Shown: positions 28,310 to 35,912 of the stretch, in pieces
How positions within the stretch are numbered: position 1 is the stretch's first letter
Layout of the letters: the number at the start of each line of letters is the position of its first letter
Origin: Planctomycetota bacterium
GTDB taxonomy: Bacteria; Planctomycetota; PLA2; JAEUHO01
Length of the DNA: 64,000 nucleotides
NCBI GenBank assembly: GCA_965222115.1
Contig: CBDCTJ010000007.1
Coordinates: 2,816,001-2,880,000, forward strand
Reading direction: 5' to 3'
Position numbers and translations under genes: made by a program
Notes under the pieces: generated by a model
Seen by the model: only the letters and a program-made list of their open reading frames with translations
What the model was told of the DNA's origin: nothing
Database searches by the model: none

Positions 28310-29413
28310 CTACCGGGTCACGCCGATGCTCGTCAGCCACTCTCGTTCGAGGTCCTTCGTCGAGGCGCCAAGCGCGCGATTGAGCTCACGTCGAGGCAAT
28401 TCGCCTCGCAATAATCTTCGAACGAGATCCAGCACACCTGCGCGACGACGCGAGTTGCCGCCGTCCATGAGGAAGCCCATCAGGCTGGCGGTCTGGTCAT
28501 AGTGCCGACCCTCGAATTTGGACTGGTTCATCTCGAAGAGTTCTGCAAGCGGCGTCCATTGATTCCATGCGAGTCGGCGACGGAATCGATCAAAGCGGGG
28601 CTGACTTGTGTTCTGCCCCGGTCCATCGCCAAGGCGCTCTGACCACACGGCAATGGCTTCCCACATCCAAAACCAACCTTCACCGAAGGGGCGACCCCGC
28701 AACCGACCGGTACGTGCAAGGTCCAAGATTTGATGCGTCATTTCGTGTCGCACATCTGCCTGCCATGGCAATGCACCCTGACGCGCAGGTTCGGCACAGA
28801 TGTTGACGACGCCTGAGCGACTGTCGTAGAACGCACCCCATGTAACGGGGTTGGCGACCAATCCGCGCAACTTCTGTTCAAACTCTTGACGCGTTGCGGT
28901 AATGACGACGGGAAGTGGATCGCGGGGTAGTCGCACTTCGAGTACGGTCGAATAACTCGACATGAATCGACGAACGTGATTCTCGGATTCGCGTGCCATT
29001 TCAACCGCGCGATGCCAGGAAACATTCGAGCGCACGGTGACATGATCGGTGCGGAGGCGAAAGCCGCGATCGGCCGTGGCGTCTCCGCTTAGCGCCGATT
29101 CAAACGGAACATATCTTTGGCCATTGAATATTTCGCCGCGGCGATAGGCCTCGACATGTTCGCGTTCGATCCAGAGTAGATCGTCTACTTTGACCCAGCC
29201 GAGTTTTGATGGATCGCCTCCACTGAAACTGGGCATGCGCGGGCCACCACTTCGATAGCGCGGCGCGTCTTCAATCGAAGCGCCGAGCCCATCGCCGTCG
29301 AGCGGCACGTTCCCGGCACAGGCCGCCAAGGCGAGCATCGCGAACGTGGCAAAGACGCCGAATCGAGCGCGTACGAGGAAAGAAGTGCGGCATGGCGGTG
29401 GATGAAGAAACAT
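28310..29413 (-). CDS. lipoprotein, DUF1570/zincin-like metallopeptidase (start uncertain)
   Basis: Lipobox LAAC; HEMTHQ, W.WE.IA, Y.Q..SL..FL. Confidence 0.75.
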   Translation of the reverse strand: MFLHPPPCRTSFLVRARFGVFATFAMLALAACAGNVPLDGDGLGASIEDAPRYRSGGPRMPSFSGGDPSKLGWVKVDDLLWIEREHVEAYRRGEIFNGQRYVPFESALSGDATADRGFRLRTDHVTVRSNVSWHRAVEMARESENHVRRFMSSYSTVLEVRLPRDPLPVVITATRQEFEQKLRGLVANPVTWGAFYDSRSGVVNICAEPARQGALPWQADVRHEMTHQILDLARTGRLRGRPFGEGWFWMWEAIAVWSERLGDGPGQNTSQPRFDRFRRRLAWNQWTPLAELFEMNQSKFEGRHYDQTASLMGFLMDGGNSRRRAGVLDLVRRLLRGELPRRELNRALGASTKDLEREWLTSIGVTR

Positions 29414-29433
29414 CGCGGCGTAGGATACCGCCT

Positions 29434-29940
29434 ATGGCCCGTAAGTCCTCGCGTTCCAAATCCAAAGCTTCGAGCGCCAAAAATGGCGCTCCCGAGGGGC
29501 CGAAACGGATTGTTCTGGCGACCAATCGCAAGGCGCGCCACAAGTTTCACATCGATACGACCATGGAGGCGGGTCTCGTGCTACTGGGCAGCGAGGTCAA
29601 ATCACTCCGAAACCAGACCCCCACGCTCTCAGAGGGATACGCGCGCTTGGAAGGAGAGCAATTATGGCTCTACGGCGTCCATATCGCCATGCTCCCCCAG
29701 GCCAGTTGGCTGAATCATGAGCCCATGCGCAAACGATTGTGTCTCATGCACAAGCGCGAGATCAAGAAGTTGCGGCTGAAGTTGGAAGCCAAGGGCATGA
29801 CGCTGGTTCCGCTTTCGCTCTACTTCAAGGGATCGCGGGTGAAGGTGGAGCTTGGGCTGGGGCGTGGGCGTCGCAAGGGTGATAAGCGCAATCGCGAGCG
29901 GGAGAAATATGACCGCAAGGCGATTCGGGAGCATCGGTGA
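29434..29940 (+). CDS. smpB: SsrA-binding protein
   Basis: NRKARH, EAGLVL.GSEVKSLR, NHEP.RKR, TLVPL..Y, G...DKR. Confidence 0.97.
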   Translation: MARKSSRSKSKASSAKNGAPEGPKRIVLATNRKARHKFHIDTTMEAGLVLLGSEVKSLRNQTPTLSEGYARLEGEQLWLYGVHIAMLPQASWLNHEPMRKRLCLMHKREIKKLRLKLEAKGMTLVPLSLYFKGSRVKVELGLGRGRRKGDKRNREREKYDRKAIREHR

Positions 29941-30178
29941 TATCTACCCACAGGAGAGGACAAGGGTCAAGATTCGGCGAGAGATTCAGGTTCAGAAGGG
30001 GACGCGGCGGGACGGATTCCGGAGACAAGGGGGTTGTCGCCGCGTTATGATGGATGGATTGATCTTTGACAGATGGCCGTACATCAACGCACCAGTTTCA
30101 TGCTGTGTGCATCTGCGAGACATGAACCACCCGTGGACTTGAACGAACACGGGCCGTGAACAACGACTTTTCGTGCAT

Positions 30179-30536
30179 GGGGGCGAATGGACTCGACCGG
30201 GTGCCGGCTTGTTTTGGTCGCGCGCCGGGGATCCAGGCTGGCCCTCGTTACCAACCGTCTGGAAAACTCAGTTGCCAACAGCAGCTATTCTCTCGCGGCC
30301 TAATTAGCGCCGCGCGATCGCTCCCCTCTGCCTACCAGGGGATGTCGATTGCCATACGGTGGGCTGGCCCTCATCACACCGCGGGTTGCGGTTAGGGCGA
30401 GACTCTACCCGCTGGCCGGATCGCAAGCCTGTTCGGGGGCGTTCGATCTAGCGAGACCTAAAGCCACGAACTACGCGCGTAGAAGCCACTGCTTGCTCAC
30501 CTAGGGACGGGGGTTCGATTCCCCCCGCCTCCACCA
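30179..30536 (+). ncRNA. ssrA: tmRNA; tag peptide (A)ANSSYSLAA*
   Basis: 5' GGGGGCGAATGGACTCGAC; 3' GACGGGGGTTCGATTCCCCCCGCCTCCACCA (T-arm, acceptor stem, CCA); tag ORF 30274-30303; adjacent to smpB. Confidence 0.96.
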
Positions 30537-30574
30537 CTTCTCGCTCTCGATCCTGATGTTCGGTCTGCCTAATT

Positions 30575-30680
30575 CCACGTCCACGTCCACGTCCACGTCC
30601 ACGTCCACGTCCACGAGCTGGCGTGAATCGACTATCGGACGCTCACACTTGAATCCGGGTCACGGGTTGCGGGTGACGGG
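30575..30680. repeat. repeat module: (CCACGT)6 + conserved core + CGGGTNA heptamers
   Basis: (CCACGT)6 CCACGAGCTGGCGTGAATCGACTATCGGACGCTCACACTTGAATC CGGGTCA CGGGTTG CGGGTGA CGGG. Confidence 0.92.
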
Positions 30681-30755
30681 AGAGCGCTACTGGATGACAC
30701 ACGCAATTTGCGCCCGGCACCAATCTGCGGGAATCGGCGCATGAATGGGAGCGCC

Positions 30756-31142
30756 TCACTCCCTCCAACGGCGGATTAGTGCATTCAACATCGCGCGAAC
30801 GCGATCTAGGTCGCGGAGCGCTGGTACTGCGCTCGCATCCGTGAGGATGCCCATCGCATCCATGAGGTCGAGTGCCGCCGCGGCCTCGACACACTCGCCG
30901 CGAGCGATAGAGAATGAACGGTGCTTGGCGCCCGCGCCAGCGCGCCCTATGCCTTCAGCGATGTTTAGGACGACGGCTGTAGAGGCTCGCCGAGCTTGGC
31001 TTGCAAGCTCGGCGTTGCCTCGCGGTAGCGATCCACAAAGCTGATGAATACTGGCAGCCGCGCGCCGCGCAATTCGATACACATCGAATCGTTCAAGCCG
31101 ACCCGCCGTGGAAGTAACCGAGAACTGTTTGCTGTGTGACAT
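30756..31142 (-). CDS. four helix bundle protein (23S rRNA IVP / bAvd-like)
   Basis: LERFDVY..A...LPRG..ELASQARRASTAVVLNIAEG.GR......F.IARGEC.E..A.LD. Confidence 0.9.
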   Translation of the reverse strand: MSHSKQFSVTSTAGRLERFDVYRIARRAAASIHQLCGSLPRGNAELASQARRASTAVVLNIAEGIGRAGAGAKHRSFSIARGECVEAAAALDLMDAMGILTDASAVPALRDLDRVRAMLNALIRRWRE

Positions 31143-31144
31143 AC

Positions 31145-31256
31145 GAGAAGCTCCACGAGGAAACACCCGCGGGAATGCGAGTGCCTGCCCTCGCCCTCGT
31201 GGCGAATGGGGCATGCACGTAGCACTTCCCAAAGGGTGTTGCCCAGTGCACCTTCA
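31145..31256 (-). promoter_or_regulatory. long hairpin 5' leader of four-helix gene A
   Basis: Nested arms on minus strand AACACCC/GGGTGTT, GGGAA/TTCCC, GTGCATGCCC/GGGCAGGCAC, TCGCC/GGCGA; weaker outer pairing covers GGAG. Confidence 0.6.
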
Positions 31257-31273
31257 AGTCACATAGCAATCAG

Positions 31274-31462
31274 TTCGGTGCTCAATCGGTGTCGCTCGTA
31301 TGCGGCTGTCGCGCTCCTGCCACCCGCTCTTCACGTCCACGTCCACGTCCACGTCCACGTCCACGTCCACGTCCACGTCCACGTCCACGTCCACGTCCAC
31401 GTTAGGGCGGCGCGAATCGATCATCGGACGCTCAAACTTGAGTATGGGTTCCGGGTGACGGG
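31274..31462. repeat. repeat module: 48-nt conserved segment + (CACGTC)12 + core + CGGGTGACGGG
   Basis: TTCGGTGCTCAATCGGTGTCGCTCGTATGCGGCTGTCGCGCTCCTGCC (1 mismatch to the 25738 copy), 12 hexamers, GGCGCGAATCGATCATCGGACGCTCAAACTTGAGT. Confidence 0.92.
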
Positions 31463-31518
31463 AACTTGGGCAACACCGCCGGGTGCCCCAGCGCCTTCGG
31501 TACGCGCGGGCGCCGCTT

Positions 31519-31674
31519 GTGATGGAACTCCAGCTTGAGAACGAGTTGTCGCGTTTGAGCGGGGCTTCCTCTGTACGACCCGCTCGCGTGCGCCCTCCTT
31601 CGCCTTCGGCTCCTTCACGAAGGGCACACGCGAGCAAACGGCTTGCGTTCCTTTCACGCTGGAGTTCCATCATG
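31519..31674 (+). promoter_or_regulatory. structured 5' leader of four-helix gene B sequestering RBS and start codon
   Basis: Perfect 15-bp inverted repeat 31520-31534/31658-31672; inner 14/15-bp stem 31582-31596/31621-31635; C(UUCG)G tetraloop. Confidence 0.7.
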
Positions 31675-32046
31675 ACAAGCGCGTCTTCCACGCTCGAATA
31701 CCTCAAACGCTTCGATGTCTACCGTGCTTCGCAGGCCGCGGCGGTCGCGTGCGTCGCAATCTGCAATGCATGGCCTCGAGGCCACGCAAAGCTCGCCGAT
31801 CAACTCAGGCGCGCAAGTACAAGCGTGGCGCTTAACGTCGCCGAAGGCCTATCGAAGCGGCGGCCAGCCGAGAAGCGCAGGGCCTACGACATCGCACATG
31901 CCGAATGCACCGAAGCCATTGCCGCTCTACATCATGCGCTACTACTCGGACTCGCCAGCGACGCCGTGATCTCACGTGCGATGAACTCCCTGGAGCAATG
32001 CGCCGCCATGTTGTTCGTACTTCAGCGTCGATTTGACGACCCGTGA
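31672..32046 (+). CDS. four helix bundle protein (23S rRNA IVP / bAvd-like)
   Basis: LKRFDVY..S...WPRG.AKLADQLRRASTSVALNVAEG......EKRRAYDIAHAEC.E. Confidence 0.9.
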   Translation: MTSASSTLEYLKRFDVYRASQAAAVACVAICNAWPRGHAKLADQLRRASTSVALNVAEGLSKRRPAEKRRAYDIAHAECTEAIAALHHALLLGLASDAVISRAMNSLEQCAAMLFVLQRRFDDP

Positions 32047-32047
32047 T

Positions 32048-32140
32048 CGTCCACGTCCACGAACTGGCGAGAGTCGATCATCGAACGCTCCCACTTGGGT
32101 CCACGTTTCGGGTAACGGGATTCGGGTCACGGGTATCGGA
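32048..32140. repeat. repeat module: short CCACGT tract + core + CGGGTNA heptamers
   Basis: CGTCCACGTCCACGAACTGGCGAGAGTCGATCATCGAACGCTCCCACTTGGGT..CGGGTAA CGGGATT CGGGTCA CGGGTAT, starting 1 nt after the gene B stop. Confidence 0.9.
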
Positions 32141-32174
32141 AACGAACTGGAGAGGTTCGAATACAGTACGGCCC

Positions 32175-32591
32175 GTGAAACTCCTCACCTTCCAAGCCAA
32201 ACGATTCGCGTGGACGCCGTTCTCGAAAACGCTGGACGACGCGCCTGACGCTGAGGGTGGAGAGTCGATTTCGGACTGCGTGGTGGCGTTTATTCACGTT
32301 GAACCGGATGATGTGAGCGAAGAACGCCGGTCCAAGGTCTTCAAGACCGCGCTCAAACACCTCAAATGGCTGGCCAACAAGCGCGAGTACCGCTCGATTG
32401 TGCTCCACACCTTTGCCCATCTTGGCGGTGAGAATGCCGACCCCGAGGAGTCGCGAGCCCTATTTGACTCCCTGGCCGAGCGTCTCCGGCAGACGGGATA
32501 CGAAGTTTGGATTACGCCTTTCGGCTATTTTTGTGAATGGGACCTGTCAGTTCACGGCGAGAGTTTGGCCAAGGTATGGAAGTCGATTTAG
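32175..32591 (+). CDS. free-standing threonyl-tRNA synthetase editing domain protein (archaeal type)
   Basis: MKLL.F....F.W, VVAFIHVE, IVLHTFAHL, TPFGY, V.GESLAKV. Confidence 0.85.
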   Translation: MKLLTFQAKRFAWTPFSKTLDDAPDAEGGESISDCVVAFIHVEPDDVSEERRSKVFKTALKHLKWLANKREYRSIVLHTFAHLGGENADPEESRALFDSLAERLRQTGYEVWITPFGYFCEWDLSVHGESLAKVWKSI

Positions 32592-32623
32592 ATCTGTAGC
32601 TCCATTCCGCGCGAGGATATCTG

Positions 32624-34144
32624 ATGGCGACCCAAGCAACCGTGGATCTCCACAAGCTGGCACGCTTTCTCAACTTGGCGTTGCCGGTCCTAGCAGCTGC
32701 CTTCTTTGCCGCGGGCTACTACGTCTCGTTCTACTTTCACTTTGGCACCGTGATCTTCCTGCTGCTCACGATTGCCAACTTCTTCTATCGGCATGTGCAA
32801 ACCAAACACGCAATCCTTCGCAACTTCGGCATCGTCGGTCAGATGCGCTACATCCTGGAGAGCGTGGGGCCGGAACTTCGGCAGTATCTCTTTGCCAACA
32901 ATCGTGAAGAACGACCCTTCGACCGCAATGAACGCGCAGAGGTCTATCGCAAGGCCAAAGGTGTTGACTCCGCCTCTAGCTTTGGGTCGCAAAAGGAGTT
33001 CGATCCCACTGAAATCAAGATTCGGCACGCGATGTATCCACTCGATCATCACGACTTAGAACCCTATCGCGTGACGTTCGGCGAGGAGCGAGGACTGGCC
33101 TCGGCATACACCATCCATCGCCACATCATGATTAGCGCCATGAGTTATGGATCACTCGGGCGGCAGGCGGTTCGCACGTTGTCGCGTGGCGCGAAAAAGG
33201 CCGGGATCCCCATGAACACCGGCGAAGGCGGATTCCCCAAGCACCACTTGGTAGAAGGCAGCGAACTCATTTTTCAGATGGGTACCGCCAAGTTTGGCTG
33301 TCGAAATGAAGACGGCAGCCTCAACGAAGACGGACTTCGCAACATTGCCAGCCAACCGTCGGTCAAGATGATTGAGATTAAGTTCTCGCAAGGCGCCAAG
33401 CCTGGGAAGGGCGGGCTGCTGCCGAAGGAGAAGATCTCCCAAGAGATTGCCGAACTGCGCGGCGTGGCCATGGGCAAAGACGTGATCTCGCCCCCCTACC
33501 ATGTGGAGTGCCGCGACAATGCCTCCACCGTGGCGCTCATCAAGCAGGTGCAAGACGTGTCGGGACTTCCCACCGGCATCAAGTTCTGTGTGGGATCACT
33601 CGAAGACACCAAACAACTCATTCTTGAAATGCGGCGCCAGGACTGTTTCCCCGACTTCATCGCCATCGACGGGGCCGAAGGAGGAACGGGAGCGGCGCCT
33701 CGAACCTACTTGGACAATTTTGGTCTTCCACTCTTGCCCGCCCTTGCCGGTGTGCAGGACATCTTGGTGGAACTGGGTGTACGCGACCGACTCAAGCTCA
33801 TCGCTGCCGGCAAACTCATCACCGCCGGACGTCAACTCATCGCCATGTGTCTCGGCGCCGATGCGATCTACAGCGCGCGCGGTTTCATGCTCGCCATCGG
33901 TTGTATTCAAGCCATGCTTTGTGGCAACAATACGTGCCCCGTCGGCATTACAACGCACGACGAGGCGCTGCAATCCGGCCTGGTCATCGAACCTAAGTCC
34001 AACCGCGTGGCGCACTACGTGGACAGCCTCGAGCACGAACTTCAAGAACTGTTGTGCAGCGTCGGCGCGCGCAGCTACCGCAAACTCAGCCGCGAAACGC
34101 TATTCGTGCCCTCGGGATCCATTCTCGCCGAAGAGGTACGTTGA
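32624..34144 (+). CDS. FMN-binding glutamate synthase family protein
   Basis: ISAMSYGSL, NTGEGG, IEIKFSQGAKPGKGG, DGAEGGTGAAP, GCIQAMLCGNNTCPVG. Confidence 0.93.
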   Translation: MATQATVDLHKLARFLNLALPVLAAAFFAAGYYVSFYFHFGTVIFLLLTIANFFYRHVQTKHAILRNFGIVGQMRYILESVGPELRQYLFANNREERPFDRNERAEVYRKAKGVDSASSFGSQKEFDPTEIKIRHAMYPLDHHDLEPYRVTFGEERGLASAYTIHRHIMISAMSYGSLGRQAVRTLSRGAKKAGIPMNTGEGGFPKHHLVEGSELIFQMGTAKFGCRNEDGSLNEDGLRNIASQPSVKMIEIKFSQGAKPGKGGLLPKEKISQEIAELRGVAMGKDVISPPYHVECRDNASTVALIKQVQDVSGLPTGIKFCVGSLEDTKQLILEMRRQDCFPDFIAIDGAEGGTGAAPRTYLDNFGLPLLPALAGVQDILVELGVRDRLKLIAAGKLITAGRQLIAMCLGADAIYSARGFMLAIGCIQAMLCGNNTCPVGITTHDEALQSGLVIEPKSNRVAHYVDSLEHELQELLCSVGARSYRKLSRETLFVPSGSILAEEVR

Positions 34145-34145
34145 T

Positions 34146-34553
34146 ATGGCCGCTACGAAACCACCGCCCAAGCCGAAATCGACCACGGCGTCCATCATTG
34201 CCTTTGTTTGCGAGCTCTGTGCTGCTGGCATTCTCGGATACGCGGCGTGGAGTAAGTTCGCGGCCACCGAAGACGCAGTCGCCATGTTCACAGCGTTAGG
34301 AATGGAACCCGGCGGACGCATCTTGATTGGCGTGCTGGAAGCGATTGCGGCCGTCGCATTACTCATTCCAGCAAGTGGCATTCTCGGCGCCGCACTTGGT
34401 AGCGCGGTGATGACGGGAGCCATCATCGCACATCTCACAGTGCTTGAACTGAAGACGATTCTCATGGCAGTCGTCGTGCTGGTTTTGTGTACGACGATCA
34501 TCTTTTTGCGCCGACATCAATCGGAGTTCTTTCGGAATATGTTTGACCGTTGA
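34146..34553 (+). CDS. DoxX family membrane protein
   Basis: K F...F..LGMEP.GR..IG.LE...LL.P...GA......M.GAI..H. Confidence 0.85.
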   Translation: MAATKPPPKPKSTTASIIAFVCELCAAGILGYAAWSKFAATEDAVAMFTALGMEPGGRILIGVLEAIAAVALLIPASGILGAALGSAVMTGAIIAHLTVLELKTILMAVVVLVLCTTIIFLRRHQSEFFRNMFDR

Positions 34554-34585
34554 GATACGCGGCACCACCTGCCTTCATTGCAGTC

Positions 34586-34903
34586 TCACACCACCCCAAA
34601 ATGCGGAAAGCGCTTCGTGGCCTCGGGCAACTCCGCCAGACACGGAAACTCCGCGATCTCAGCCATGGCGTTCCACAGCGGGCCCACCTCGGCGTGCTCG
34701 TGCGCCTTGTGTGCCGCCGCGCCATCGATCCATTCGAAGACTTCGAGAATCGTTCCGTCGTCGGACTTCATCATGACGAAGGGTCGATCGGTCACGAGGC
34801 CGGCCTTGCGGAGCAATCCCTCATGCTTGGCGAGCAGCGCTTGAAACTCGTCCCGTTTGCTGCGGCGGGGCTTGTAGAGGGCGATGACAAGTTCGGAACT
34901 CAT
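34586..34903 (-). CDS. small hypothetical protein (ABM-like dimeric alpha/beta barrel)
   Basis: I.LYKP...L..H...LR..GL.TDR....DGT..EVFEW......AH....V..LW. Confidence 0.7.
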   Translation of the reverse strand: MSSELVIALYKPRRSKRDEFQALLAKHEGLLRKAGLVTDRPFVMMKSDDGTILEVFEWIDGAAAHKAHEHAEVGPLWNAMAEIAEFPCLAELPEATKRFPHFGVV

Positions 34904-34961
34904 GACGTGCTCCAGTACCGTAGGGACATCGGCGATAGGTTTGGCCGGAAAGGTATCAGAA

Positions 34962-35900
34962 ATGCGGATCGGTGTTGTAGGTGCGCGAAGAGTGCGAAGT
35001 GGAACGGGGGCGTTTCTTGCCCGTTTCGCGCACGACGCTGGCGCCTCACTCGCTACCGTCTTGGGAACCACGTCTTCATCGTCGTCATCCGCTGCCAATC
35101 AGATCGGTCAATCGACGGCGTGCGAAGTGTTGGCGTGTACGACATGGGGCGAGTTGACCGACGCAGGAATCGATGCGGTGATCATCGCATCGCCCGCGAA
35201 CACGCATGGAGCCTATCTTGAAAGAGCCCTAGAGGCTTCGCTGCACGTCTACTGTGAAAAGCCCCTGCTTTGGTCCCGAGACATGCAAGTTCAGGCAAAG
35301 GAACTTGCCGACGCCTTTCTCGCGAAGGGGCTCCATCTGCATGTTGGGACGCAATGGCCCTTCACCCTGCCGACGTATCAATCGCTCTTTCCAAACATCG
35401 ATCTTGCATCCTCGCGGCGGTTTTCGATGCGCATGTCGTTGCCGGCGAGTCGCGAACACACGATTGCGGAGTGCATGCCCCACCCGCTCAGCTTGCTCCT
35501 TGCCGTACACCCGGATCCACAGGCCAACGTGGAAACATTCGAACTCGACGACGACCCCGAAACCCTTCGAGTGACATTTGACTACGTGACATCGGAAGTG
35601 CGCGTGAACTGCACAGTACGCATCGAGTCTCATTTCGACCCGTTGCGGAATATGGGCTATGGCTGGGACGGCCACCTGGCAACTCGCGTGCGCGATGATC
35701 GGGGGACGTCTCTGCGACTGCGCGACGAGGCATCCGGCGACGATCGTCATCTCCCCGAACCCGCACGCGATAGCATGGCGGCGTTTGTCCGGGCAGTCCA
35801 GAAGCACGAGCCGGCGTTCGTCCATCCGGGCGCTGTGCCCGGTGTGCGATTGCTTGAGTCGATTCGTACCGCCGTCGAAGATTGGCCATCGCGCAGGTAA
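34962..35900 (+). CDS. Gfo/Idh/MocA family oxidoreductase
   Basis: MRIGVVG, DAVIIASP..H....ALEA.LHVYCEKPL. Confidence 0.85.
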   Translation: MRIGVVGARRVRSGTGAFLARFAHDAGASLATVLGTTSSSSSSAANQIGQSTACEVLACTTWGELTDAGIDAVIIASPANTHGAYLERALEASLHVYCEKPLLWSRDMQVQAKELADAFLAKGLHLHVGTQWPFTLPTYQSLFPNIDLASSRRFSMRMSLPASREHTIAECMPHPLSLLLAVHPDPQANVETFELDDDPETLRVTFDYVTSEVRVNCTVRIESHFDPLRNMGYGWDGHLATRVRDDRGTSLRLRDEASGDDRHLPEPARDSMAAFVRAVQKHEPAFVHPGAVPGVRLLESIRTAVEDWPSRR

Positions 35901-35912
35901 ACTTGCGCACCT

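Noticed and set aside
29941-30178. Small gene or extra RNA between smpB and ssrA
   Set aside because: No convincing ORF, RBS or recognisable RNA motif; probably promoter and leader sequence.
30500-30575. Integrative element or prophage at the ssrA 3' end
   Set aside because: No integrase and no second copy of the ssrA 3' end noticed in the window (searched by eye only).
31206-31706. ORFs with HVHVHV / VDVDVD tracts (also STSTST and HAHAHA ORFs near 30556 and 25742)
   Set aside because: These are translations of the non-coding hexamer tract in several frames; no RBS or family features.
30756-32046. Diversity-generating retroelement (Avd-like genes)
   Set aside because: No reverse transcriptase in the window, and no TR/VR pair differing specifically at adenines was seen.
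30575-32140. CRISPR array
   Set aside because: Repeats are hexamer tracts and degenerate ~100-nt modules separated by genes, not constant repeats with unique 30-40 nt spacers; no cas genes.
33501-34553. 350-aa ORF as a single gene
   Set aside because: The first ~215 codons overlap the glutamate synthase family gene in another frame; only the DoxX part from 34146 is credible.
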